Of a DNA stretch of 64,000 bases, positions 52,719-61,003 are shown one piece after another. The notes under the pieces were generated by a model. It was not told where the DNA came from and did not search any database. It was given only the letters and a program-made list of their open reading frames with translations. The stretch lies in contig CAWAPQ010000013.1 of assembly GCA_963783965.1 (NCBI GenBank), positions 367,529 through 431,528 on the forward strand. The letters are read 5' to 3'. This stretch comes from an uncultured Acidimicrobiaceae bacterium (GTDB taxonomy: Bacteria; Actinomycetota; Acidimicrobiia; Acidimicrobiales; RAAP-2). Both the position numbers and the translations under genes were made by a program. Position 1 is the first letter of the stretch, and the number at the start of each line of letters is the position of its first letter.

Positions 52719-53876
52719 ATGCACGTCGAGCCCTACCCGTACCGAGCGAGCGCATCATGGGAGGGAAAGGTCGTGGCCCGATCCGGCTCGTGCCTCATTG
52801 CGGAGTCGTCCGGGACCCTTCCGGTCCTCTACTTCCCGGCGGCCGAACTCCAGGTGCAGGGGCGCGCGGGGCTGTCCGATCACCTGCGCCCGGCGGACGG
52901 CGAGCCGGGGCTCGCGGACTACGTCGCGTTCGACCAGGACCGGGTCGTGGTCGAGGTCACCGACGAGGACGACGGGGACGAGGAGCGCGATGTCACGGTG
53001 AAGCGGTTTCCCACCTGGGGCGATGCCGCGCACCTCGTGGACGTCATGGACGTCCAACCCACCGACGAGGGGCTCAGCTTCATCACCGTTGCCCGGAGCG
53101 ACGACCGACGCCCCGTCGTCGAGGGCAGCCAGATGCTCGGCCAGGCCATCGTGGCCGCCGGCCGGCATGCCGAGGACCGCCGCGTCGTCGCGGCCAACAT
53201 GATCTTCCTGCGGTCGGCCGATGCCCGTCTGCCGCTGCGCTTGGAACTGGCCGAGCTCAGCTCCGGCCGCACGTTCTCCGGCTTGGCGGTCCAGGTGTTC
53301 CAGCGCGACCGCCTGTGCGCCGCGGGCACGCTGCTGCTCGACGTGCCGTCCGACGACGTCATCCGGCACGCGCCGGACCCTCCGGACGTGGCCGGACCGT
53401 TCGCATGCGAACCGTACGATATGGGCGTGACCGGTCGCGACGTCAGAGTGGTCGACAGCGCCTACTCGAACGATCCCGACGCGCCGGAGGGACCACCCAC
53501 GGTGGACGCCTGGGTGCGCTTCCGCCATCTGCCCGACGATCAGCCCATCCATGCCGGCCTGCTGGCGCAATTCACCGGCCACATGTCGATTGCCGCCGCC
53601 CTGCGCCCCCACGCCGGAGTCAGCCAGGACCAAGCGCACCGGACGCTCTCCATGGCGATCAACAGCATCAGCCTGTCGCTGCACGGTCCGGTCAAGGCCG
53701 ACGACTGGCTGCTCTACCGCCACCTCTCGACGTATGCCGGCGCCGGTACGACCCATGCCGAGAACCGGGTGTACGACCGTGACGGTGCGCTCGTTGCCTC
53801 ATTCTCCGTCGACGCCATGGTGCGGCCGCTCCCCGCGGGAGCCAAGGGCCCCATGGACGCACGTACCGCGCTGTGA
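52719..53876 (+). CDS. Fusion protein: N-terminal degenerate DUF427-like domain plus acyl-CoA thioesterase II (TesB-like double hotdog)
   Basis: N-terminus ASWEGKVVARSGSCLIAESSGTLPVLYFPAAEL..ADYVAFDQDRVVVEV (DUF427 pattern). The rest is collinear with TesB (..NMIFLRSADARLPLRLELAELSSGRTFS..DDWLLYRHLSTYAGAGTTHAENRVYDRDGALVASFSVDAMVR). Confidence 0.8.
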   Translation: MHVEPYPYRASASWEGKVVARSGSCLIAESSGTLPVLYFPAAELQVQGRAGLSDHLRPADGEPGLADYVAFDQDRVVVEVTDEDDGDEERDVTVKRFPTWGDAAHLVDVMDVQPTDEGLSFITVARSDDRRPVVEGSQMLGQAIVAAGRHAEDRRVVAANMIFLRSADARLPLRLELAELSSGRTFSGLAVQVFQRDRLCAAGTLLLDVPSDDVIRHAPDPPDVAGPFACEPYDMGVTGRDVRVVDSAYSNDPDAPEGPPTVDAWVRFRHLPDDQPIHAGLLAQFTGHMSIAAALRPHAGVSQDQAHRTLSMAINSISLSLHGPVKADDWLLYRHLSTYAGAGTTHAENRVYDRDGALVASFSVDAMVRPLPAGAKGPMDARTAL

Positions 53877-54550
53877 GCCTCACGACGGGTCGAGGCCCGC
53901 TCAGCGCCACGCCCGCAGGACGGTTCACGATCCCCATGCCGGAGAACGTGTCATACATCGAACCGTTCCGCCGGCGTGTCAGGGCGAAGAAGGGCGGCCG
54001 GACGGTGATCGACAGCGAGCGCGCCGTACTGATGCACCGGCCCGGTCAGCCGCCCACCTTCGCCTTCCCGGACCACGACATTGCCGGGCTTCCGACGAAC
54101 GACGAGGAAGACGCTCCGGGCTATGTGACAGTGTCGTGGGATGCCGCCGACGCCTGGTTCGAGGAGGACGAACAGATCTTCGGACATCCTCGGAATCCTT
54201 ACCACCGCGTGGACTGTCTGCACTCCCATCGTCACCTGCAAGTGCAGGCCGCCGGCGCCACACTGGTCGACACGACAGAGACCATGGCCGTGTACGAGAC
54301 AGCGCTTGAACCTCGCCTGTACGTCCACCCTCGCCACGTGCAGGCCGAACTGACTCGGAGTCAGCTGGCGACCTATTGCCCGTACAAGGGCACTGCCACG
54401 TATTGGAACGTCGTCGTGGAGGGAGTGCTCCTCACGGACGTCGCCTGGAGTTACGAGGAAGCACTTCCGGAGTCCGCCCCCCTCCAGCATTTGGTGAGCT
54501 TCGATGACCGCCGGGTCTCGGTCAAGCATGACCTCCCGGCCGCCGACTGA
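53873..54550 (+). CDS. DUF427 domain-containing protein (two-repeat type)
   Basis: EPFRRRVRAKKGGRTVIDSERAVLM..WDAADAWFEEDEQIFGHPRNPYHRVD..TYCPYKGTATYWNV..DVAWSYEEALPES. GTG 53873 overlaps the upstream stop (GTGA). Confidence 0.8.
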   Translation: MSLTTGRGPLSATPAGRFTIPMPENVSYIEPFRRRVRAKKGGRTVIDSERAVLMHRPGQPPTFAFPDHDIAGLPTNDEEDAPGYVTVSWDAADAWFEEDEQIFGHPRNPYHRVDCLHSHRHLQVQAAGATLVDTTETMAVYETALEPRLYVHPRHVQAELTRSQLATYCPYKGTATYWNVVVEGVLLTDVAWSYEEALPESAPLQHLVSFDDRRVSVKHDLPAAD

Positions 54551-54638
54551 GAGAGACCAGTGGGGCAGATGCATTCATTCGTGTCGGCCCGCGAGCCGGC
54601 CTCGGTGCACCGGGTGCGCGGAACAAAGGGGATTTTGC

Positions 54639-55478
54639 ATGGTGCTTGAGACACTGTTGTACGAGCAGCAGGACGGTGTCGCCATCGTCACCATGAACCG
54701 CCCCGAGGTCCACAACGCGTTCAACCACCGGATGCAAGCGGAGCTCCACGGATTGTGGCGTCACCTCCGGCGCAACGACGATGTCAGAGCCATCGTCCTC
54801 ACGGGAGCCGGAGACGAGGCGTTCTGCGCCGGGATCGACCGGGACGAGACCATTGAGGAGAGCTATCTCGCCAATGAGGAGAACCGCTACAAAATGCAGG
54901 GCAAGGCGGGTCCCGTCGCGACGCCCTTCATGTACAACGATCCCGGGGTCAACATCAACCCGAAGACGAACGACCTGTGGAAGCCGATCGTCGCCGCCGT
55001 CAACGGGATGGCCTGTGGCGGCGCCCTCTACATGCTCGGGGAGTCGGACATCATCATCGCGGCCGAACACGCGACGTTCTTCGACCCCCACGTGACCTAC
55101 GGGATGGTGGCGGGCTTCGAGTCCACCCACCTGCTCCAGAAACTGCCCCTGGGCGAGGTGCTCCGCGTGATGCTGCTCGGTGCGTGGGAGCGCATGTCGG
55201 CCGAGCGCGCCCACCAGGTGGGGCTGGTCTCCGAGGTCGTGCCGGCAGCGGAGCTCCGCGAGCGGGCCCTCTGGGTGGCGAAGGCCATCGCGTCGGCGCC
55301 GGTCATGGCGGTTCAGGGGACGCTGCGAGCCATCTGGATGACCCATGAGCTCAGCCGGCGCGAAGCCCTCTCACAGGTCTCGACCTTCGTCGCGCTCGGG
55401 ACGCTCTTCGACGACATCGCCGGGGGCCAGGAGATCTTCCGGGAGACCGTGTCCCGCCCTGAGTGGCGGCTCCGCTGA
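54639..55478 (+). CDS. Enoyl-CoA hydratase/isomerase (crotonase) family protein
   Basis: MVLETLLYEQQDGVAIVTMNRPEVHNAF..AFCAGID..AAVNGMACGGALYML. Confidence 0.85.
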   Translation: MVLETLLYEQQDGVAIVTMNRPEVHNAFNHRMQAELHGLWRHLRRNDDVRAIVLTGAGDEAFCAGIDRDETIEESYLANEENRYKMQGKAGPVATPFMYNDPGVNINPKTNDLWKPIVAAVNGMACGGALYMLGESDIIIAAEHATFFDPHVTYGMVAGFESTHLLQKLPLGEVLRVMLLGAWERMSAERAHQVGLVSEVVPAAELRERALWVAKAIASAPVMAVQGTLRAIWMTHELSRREALSQVSTFVALGTLFDDIAGGQEIFRETVSRPEWRLR

Positions 55479-55497
55479 GAGCCTGATTCCTCCATTC

Positions 55498-55842
55498 ATG
55501 ATCGAACAGTTCGACGTTGCGGTCCTCGGAGCCGGCTTCGGCGGCCTCACCTTGGCCCACCGCCTTGCCCAGTAGTTCGTGGCCGACGCTCTCGAAGCCA
55601 CGCGCGCAGCGGGCGCGTCCTCCATTGAGATCTCAGAAGGAGCGATGGACCGCTATGAGCGCGCCCTCGAGCACGACCTCCGCGGGACGGTCTGGGCTCA
55701 GGGTTGCTCGACCTACTTCCACAACGCCGCCGGTCAGATCGTGACGCAACTTCCGCACACCTCGGGGTGGTACGCAAAGGCCAGGAGACAGATCGATCGT
55801 GACGACTTCACCTTCGGTGGTGTGGCCGGCCTGACCTCGTAG
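55498..55842 (+). pseudogene. Relic of a flavin-dependent (FMO/Baeyer-Villiger-type) monooxygenase: N-terminal FAD-binding stub, in-frame TAG, C-terminal tail
   Basis: MIEQFDVAVLGAGFGGLTLAHRLAQ (GxGxxG), TAG at 55573, then in the same frame FVADALE..TVWAQGCSTYFHNAAGQIVTQLPHTSGWYAKARRQIDRDDFTF (typical FMO/BVMO C-terminus). About 400 internal codons are missing. Confidence 0.6.
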
Positions 55843-55887
55843 TCCGAAGCGCAATCGGGTCGACGGCACCGGAGACCCTCGAAAGGG

Positions 55888-57168
55888 TCAGCTCGCCGTC
55901 GACGTCCCGGCCAGGTCCTTCCCGCATGACGGCTTCGACGAAATCGCCGTGAAGTCGGTCGGGCCGGCCTTCATGACCCAGGCGCAGGTCTGAGCCGGGT
56001 CATGCCCGAAGTTGTTGGTGTAGTTCAAGTTGTAGGGCAGCAACCCGTTGGCGTTGTACGCCTTGAGGCTCCGCAGGTTCTTGATCACCGCGGCCTTGGT
56101 CGGGTTGGATCCCGCCATCTGCAGGCCCTTGATCATGAGGTCGGCGCCGGCCCACGACTCGTACTGGCCCAGATTCGGGAACTGGGTCTTGGTGAAGTGG
56201 GCGTACTTCTGCATGGCGGCCTGCATCTGCTGAGTCCCGGCGTTGGGCAGCGACCACGGGCGGAAGGGCGTGAGGAAGTAGCCACCCTGCACGACCTTCC
56301 ACGCCGGGGACTTGATCACGTCAGGCTGGTACCCGCTGGCGTAGATGGCCGTCTTGATCTTCACGCCGGCCTGCTGCAACGCCGTGGCCAGGGCGTAGTT
56401 GGAGTCGGCGTCCATGGCAGGCGAAATAGCGTTGACTCCGTTCTTCTTCGCCACCAGCGCCTCACTGGTGAAGTCGACGCCACCGAAGGGGACGGTGGTG
56501 TCGAGCACGCCGACCTTGCCGCCCGCGTGCTTGAACGAGTCGGCCGTCGCGATGGCGGCCCGGCTCGACGACGGCGAGATGCTGTAGCCGTACGCGCCGA
56601 GGGTGGTGGCGCCCAGCTTCTTGAACAAGTCGCCCAGCTGCGTGTTGACCGGGTACTTGGGGTCGACGCTGCCTTCGTCGGACGCGAACATATTGGTGTT
56701 CGGCTGTGTGCCCCACTCCGGCCCGTCGTCGTAGGTGCCGGTCACGGGCATGCCGGCCTGCTGCGGGTACTTGGCGGCCAGGAACATCAACGGGCTCTGC
56801 GAGACGATCCCGATCGCGCCCTTGGAGATGGCGCTCTGCACGGCGGTGGCGATCTCACTTGGGTTGGTCTGGTCGTCGATGGTGATCCCGACGAGCTTGT
56901 GCCCGTTCACGCCGCCTTGGGCGTTCTGCAGCGCGATGCGCGCGTTGAAGCCCGCCGGAGAGGTCCCGTTCTGGGACCCGCCCTCTCCCGTCAGGTCGGT
57001 GATGTAGGCAATCGTGATCGGCGCCGGCGCTGCGGCGGCCGTCACGGCGGTCGTGCCAACGAGGAGGAGCGGCACGCCGGTCAACATGCCCAGCGCCACG
57101 GGGACGATCGTCGGCAGGCGCCTCCGCGTCGATCCGCCTCGGTTGATGCGTCGTTGCACGGTCTGCAT
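55888..57168 (-). CDS. Liv-type ABC substrate-binding protein
   Basis: MQTVQRRINRGG..signal-like VALGMLTGVPLLLVGTTAVTAAAA. Paralogue of 41065..42321. Last gene of the importer operon. Confidence 0.85.
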   Translation of the reverse strand: MQTVQRRINRGGSTRRRLPTIVPVALGMLTGVPLLLVGTTAVTAAAAPAPITIAYITDLTGEGGSQNGTSPAGFNARIALQNAQGGVNGHKLVGITIDDQTNPSEIATAVQSAISKGAIGIVSQSPLMFLAAKYPQQAGMPVTGTYDDGPEWGTQPNTNMFASDEGSVDPKYPVNTQLGDLFKKLGATTLGAYGYSISPSSSRAAIATADSFKHAGGKVGVLDTTVPFGGVDFTSEALVAKKNGVNAISPAMDADSNYALATALQQAGVKIKTAIYASGYQPDVIKSPAWKVVQGGYFLTPFRPWSLPNAGTQQMQAAMQKYAHFTKTQFPNLGQYESWAGADLMIKGLQMAGSNPTKAAVIKNLRSLKAYNANGLLPYNLNYTNNFGHDPAQTCAWVMKAGPTDFTAISSKPSCGKDLAGTSTAS

Positions 57169-57250
57169 GCCTCCCCGGATCCCCTGCCGGAAGATCCCTC
57201 TCGTGTCGCCGTACACTGAGCCAGCGCTCGTGGGTTGTAATGACCGGTCG

Positions 57251-58000
57251 TTACTGTAGCGAACCCCCAGCCGCCGCAGGGGTCGCCGGCTCGGCGTCGC
57301 CGAGGTAGCGGTCGATGACCTCTTGCCCGGCCTCCGCGGCAGGGCCGAACCAGCCCACCTGGCCCCGCATCAGGATCACGCAGGCGTCCGCCATGGAGAG
57401 GGCACGGTGGACGAATTGCTCGGTCAGAACGATGGTGATCCCCGACCGCCGGGCTTCCTCGAGGGCCTCGAAGACGGACTCGGTCACGATCGGCGCCAGA
57501 CCGAGCGACATCTCGTCGGCGATGATGAGCGTGGGCGAGACGGCCAGCGCCCTGGCCAGGGCCAGCATCTGCTGCTCGCCCCCCGACAGGCTCCCTGCCC
57601 GCTGCCCTCTGCGTTGACCCAAGACCGGAAAGCGGTCGATGGCCCGGTCGATGGCGGCGGCGCGCTCGTGTCGCTTCTCCTGGGCCACCGCCATGCGCAG
57701 GTTGTCGACGACGGACAGGCCCGGGAAGATGCCTCGTCCCTCCGGGATGTAGGTCAACCCGAGCTTTCGAATGCGGTGCGCCGGCTGTCCGGTGATCTCG
57801 TGGCCGTCGAAGAAGACCCGGCCGCTGGTGGTGGGAACCAACCCCGAGACCGCACGCGCCAATGTGCTCTTGCCCGCTCCATTGGCACCCAGGACGGCGA
57901 GAACCGTGCCCGGATCCACCGTGAGGGAAACGCCGAAGAGGGCGCGCGACGACCCGTAGCGAACATCGAGGTTCTCGACGGTGAGGAGAGGATCGGTCAC
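57251..58000 (-). CDS. Branched-chain-amino-acid-type ABC transporter ATP-binding protein (LivF-like)
   Basis: GANGAGKSTL, LSGGEQQML, LIIADEMSLGL. Confidence 0.9.
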   Translation of the reverse strand: MTDPLLTVENLDVRYGSSRALFGVSLTVDPGTVLAVLGANGAGKSTLARAVSGLVPTTSGRVFFDGHEITGQPAHRIRKLGLTYIPEGRGIFPGLSVVDNLRMAVAQEKRHERAAAIDRAIDRFPVLGQRRGQRAGSLSGGEQQMLALARALAVSPTLIIADEMSLGLAPIVTESVFEALEEARRSGITIVLTEQFVHRALSMADACVILMRGQVGWFGPAAEAGQEVIDRYLGDAEPATPAAAGGSLQ

Positions 58001-58863
58001 GCCGAGTTTCCCCCGGTGGGCGCCGGCTCGGCCGGGGGACCCGGCTCCGGGTCGGTGTCGCCCAGGTAGGCGGCCCGCACCGCGGGGTCGTTGCGGATCT
58101 CCTCGGGGCTCCCCACGGCGATGCGCTCACCGAAGTCGAGCACGAAGACGATGTCGGACAGCGACAGCACCGCGGCCACGTCGTGCTCCACCATGATGAG
58201 AGAGACCCGGTGGTCCGGTTGATCGACGATCTGGCGGAAGACCGACAGCAGGTTCTCCGACGCCTTGATGTCGAGGCCCGAGAGCGGCTCGTCCAAGAGG
58301 AGCACGTTCGGCTCGCTGGCCAGTGCCCTCCCGACCTCGACCAGGCGCAGGATGCCGAGCGGCAGCGCCGCCACGGGCGCTTTCTCGACCTTGGTGAGCC
58401 GCAAGAGCTCGAGCAGCTCGTCCACCCGCTCGCTCTCCTCCCGCGAGGGCGGGAGGAGAGAGCGCGGATCGAGCATGTCGCGCCACAGCCGTGTCGGGGC
58501 CGTCCGAGCGCGATGGGCGAGTTGGAGGTGCTCGCGCACGGTGAGACCCATGAAGAGTTCAGGCTGCTGGAACGTCCGCGCCAGACCCTTGCGTGCCCGC
58601 GCCCGGCACGACGCGTTGGTGACGTCGGCCCCGTGCAGATGCACCTTGCCCCTGTTGGGGCGGAGGAGGCCGGACAGGACAGCCAGCAGCGTTGACTTTC
58701 CGGCACCATTCGGCCCGACCAGGCCTGCGATCTGGCCTGGCTGGACCTCGAGGCTCACGTCAGACAGGGCGGTGAGGCCTCCGAAGCGAACGGTGATGTC
58801 GCGCGCCGCCAGGGCGGCGCCCTCGGCTCCGACGGCCCGAGCAGTCTCGCCCGTGGTCGGCAT
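57997..58863 (-). CDS. Branched-chain-amino-acid-type ABC transporter ATP-binding protein (LivG-like)
   Basis: From MPTTGETA (ATG 58863, overlapping the permease stop by 1 nt). GPNGAGKSTLL, LLLLDEPLSGL. Confidence 0.9.
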   Translation of the reverse strand: MPTTGETARAVGAEGAALAARDITVRFGGLTALSDVSLEVQPGQIAGLVGPNGAGKSTLLAVLSGLLRPNRGKVHLHGADVTNASCRARARKGLARTFQQPELFMGLTVREHLQLAHRARTAPTRLWRDMLDPRSLLPPSREESERVDELLELLRLTKVEKAPVAALPLGILRLVEVGRALASEPNVLLLDEPLSGLDIKASENLLSVFRQIVDQPDHRVSLIMVEHDVAAVLSLSDIVFVLDFGERIAVGSPEEIRNDPAVRAAYLGDTDPEPGPPAEPAPTGGNSA

Positions 58864-60875
58864 CACGATATGTGCTCCGCTACGCGTGTCGGCACCGGCC
58901 CGACGTCCGCGGTGGCCAACGTCAGGTCGGCCAGTTCGGCGCCCTGCTGTTGCGGCCGCAGGTGGAGGACGAGACGACGGAGTCGGCGACTCTGCTCGGC
59001 CAGCACGCCGTCGGGGTACTTGGCCGCCGACACCGCGCCGAGACCGAAGAGCACCGGCGTCACGTTCGAGGTCCAGGTCGGTAGGTAGTTCTGGGTGACG
59101 GCAGGGAGCAGGGCCAACGAGACCCCGCCCAGCAGTGCCGCAGCGTTGGAGCGAACGCCCCACGTCACGAGCACGGCCAGCCAGACCACGCCCTCGAAGG
59201 TGGCGAACTCGCTGGGCTGGAAGGTCGTCTGGGACAGGGCGAAGAGACCTCCGCCGATCCCGGCGATCAGTGCTGCGAGCGCCCCGGCAATGACCTTCTG
59301 CTGCACCACGCTGATGCCCGACGTCTTTGCCCCGGCCTCACTCCAGCGCGCCGCGTTGAGAGCCAGGCCGGTGGTCGATCGTCGGAAGTTGACGATGAAG
59401 AGCGCAATGATCACGAAGGCGGCGAGACACAGATAAGCAAAGGCACGATCGGAGGCGGCGAAACCCGGTCGATTGAGCGTAAGACCCAAACCCTGGTTCA
59501 CGAAGGTGGGCAGCGTGAAAACGAGGTTCTCCATCAAGAGCCCGAACGTCAGCGTCACCAGGGCGACGTACAGATCGCCGAGGCGGATGCTGAGCAGGCC
59601 GACGACGACACCCATCGCCAGCGCCACGACACCGCCGGCGAGGACGGCCAACAGAACCGGCCACCCGTGGTTGTTCGCCAGTTGGGCAGTGGTCAGCGCG
59701 CCCACCCCGGCGAAGGTGATCTGACAGAGCCAGAGCATGCCGCCCTCTCCCGTGACGATTGTCCAGGAGAGGAGGATGACCGCGTAGGCGAATCCGGCGG
59801 CCATCACGCCGACCCAGTAGCCCTGCACAATGAGCGGGATGACGCCCACGACCGCGATCAGGAGCACCGGTCCGGCGTAGCGGCCGAAGAATCCGAGGGA
59901 TGCGGACTCGACCACGTTGCTGGTGGACCCCGCCAGACGGCTCTCGCCCTGGGGCGTGATGGCACGGTCGAGCGCGCCACCCCAGCCGTCCGTCTCGCCG
60001 ACTCGACCGCGGCGGAGCAGCTCGTAGACGAGAACGACGGCGACGACAATGAAGGGCACGGCGTCGATGAACTCCGTCGTCCACGAGCTCGAGGGCGGGA
60101 GGTAACCCTCAATGAGCGAGGTGGCGATGCCCATGAGAAGGGCCACGACCACGGCCACCGTCAGGTTCCGCAGCCGCGCTGCCACGACGGCGGCGAACGA
60201 CGCGGCGATGAGGATCGTGAACTTGTCGGGGTCGAGACCGACGATGGGGGCTGCCAGCACTCCGGCCAGCCCGGCAAAGAGGGTGCTGACGGCCCAGACC
60301 CCGACGGAAATGAAGGTCGGATTGGTGCCCGAGAGGTCCGTCATCGCCGGTGAGTCGACCATCGCCCGCACCTTGAGCCCCACGTCGGTGTAGCGCAGGA
60401 TCAGCGCGCCGGCGATCACGGTCGCGAGCACGCAGGCGTAGACGATGACCTGATCGAGCGTGACCGCGACGCCGAAGACCTGGTAGACGGCGACCGGCTG
60501 CGGCGCGAGCCCCGGCGCCGACTGGATGGCCTGGTTGCCGAAGATCAACACGGCCGCCGCCGGGATGGCCACCAGCAGGCCAATCGTCGCCACCACCTTG
60601 ATCATGGGTGAGGACAGGCGCAGATGCCGGAACAGCACGAAGTAGAGGAACACCCCCAACGCAGGCGAGGCCACCACAATGGAGAGGACCGCAGCCGGCA
60701 GGATCGACCAGCTGTGCTGCGTGTTGAGGAAGTAGTAGAAGCGGGCGATGAAGAAGGCCATGGCTCCGAAGGCGAAGTTCAGAATCCCCGACGCCGTGTA
60801 GGTGATGACCAGGCCTGCGGAGCAGATCGCATAGATCCCTCCCAGCACCAGTCCGGCGATCACGAATTGCAGCAT
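58863..60875 (-). CDS. Fused LivH-LivM-type ABC transporter permease
   Basis: 670 aa. The N-terminal half is LivH-like (MLQFVIAGLVLGGIYAICSAGLVITYTASGILNFAFG). The C-terminal half is LivM-like (IVTGEGGMLWLCQITFAGVGA). Confidence 0.9.
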   Translation of the reverse strand: MLQFVIAGLVLGGIYAICSAGLVITYTASGILNFAFGAMAFFIARFYYFLNTQHSWSILPAAVLSIVVASPALGVFLYFVLFRHLRLSSPMIKVVATIGLLVAIPAAAVLIFGNQAIQSAPGLAPQPVAVYQVFGVAVTLDQVIVYACVLATVIAGALILRYTDVGLKVRAMVDSPAMTDLSGTNPTFISVGVWAVSTLFAGLAGVLAAPIVGLDPDKFTILIAASFAAVVAARLRNLTVAVVVALLMGIATSLIEGYLPPSSSWTTEFIDAVPFIVVAVVLVYELLRRGRVGETDGWGGALDRAITPQGESRLAGSTSNVVESASLGFFGRYAGPVLLIAVVGVIPLIVQGYWVGVMAAGFAYAVILLSWTIVTGEGGMLWLCQITFAGVGALTTAQLANNHGWPVLLAVLAGGVVALAMGVVVGLLSIRLGDLYVALVTLTFGLLMENLVFTLPTFVNQGLGLTLNRPGFAASDRAFAYLCLAAFVIIALFIVNFRRSTTGLALNAARWSEAGAKTSGISVVQQKVIAGALAALIAGIGGGLFALSQTTFQPSEFATFEGVVWLAVLVTWGVRSNAAALLGGVSLALLPAVTQNYLPTWTSNVTPVLFGLGAVSAAKYPDGVLAEQSRRLRRLVLHLRPQQQGAELADLTLATADVGPVPTRVAEHIS

Positions 60876-60923
60876 TCCTGCGGACCCCTCCTCACCGGCC
60901 GGCTCCGCCGGGGCGTTTCTGAC

Positions 60924-60935
60924 ATCGACGTCGAT
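60924..60935. promoter_or_regulatory. 12-bp perfect palindrome ATCGACGTCGAT upstream of the fused permease (operator candidate)
   Basis: Lies 49-60 nt upstream of ATG 60875, in an AT-richer patch. Related TTCGACGTCAAT at 20953..20964. Confidence 0.35.
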
Positions 60936-61003
60936 TCAGATACTAACGATGCGGACCGGACCGTGCACGACAGAGGAAAGGCCCTTTGAGCTGGGATGAA
61001 GCA

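Noticed and set aside
57237-57254. Inverted repeat GTAATGAC-cg-GTCGTTAC overlapping the LivF-like stop codon, possibly an intercistronic mRNA-stabilising hairpin or an operator before the binding-protein gene.
   Set aside because: One arm mismatch and an effective loop of only 2-4 nt. No second copy and no U-tract. Too weak to call.
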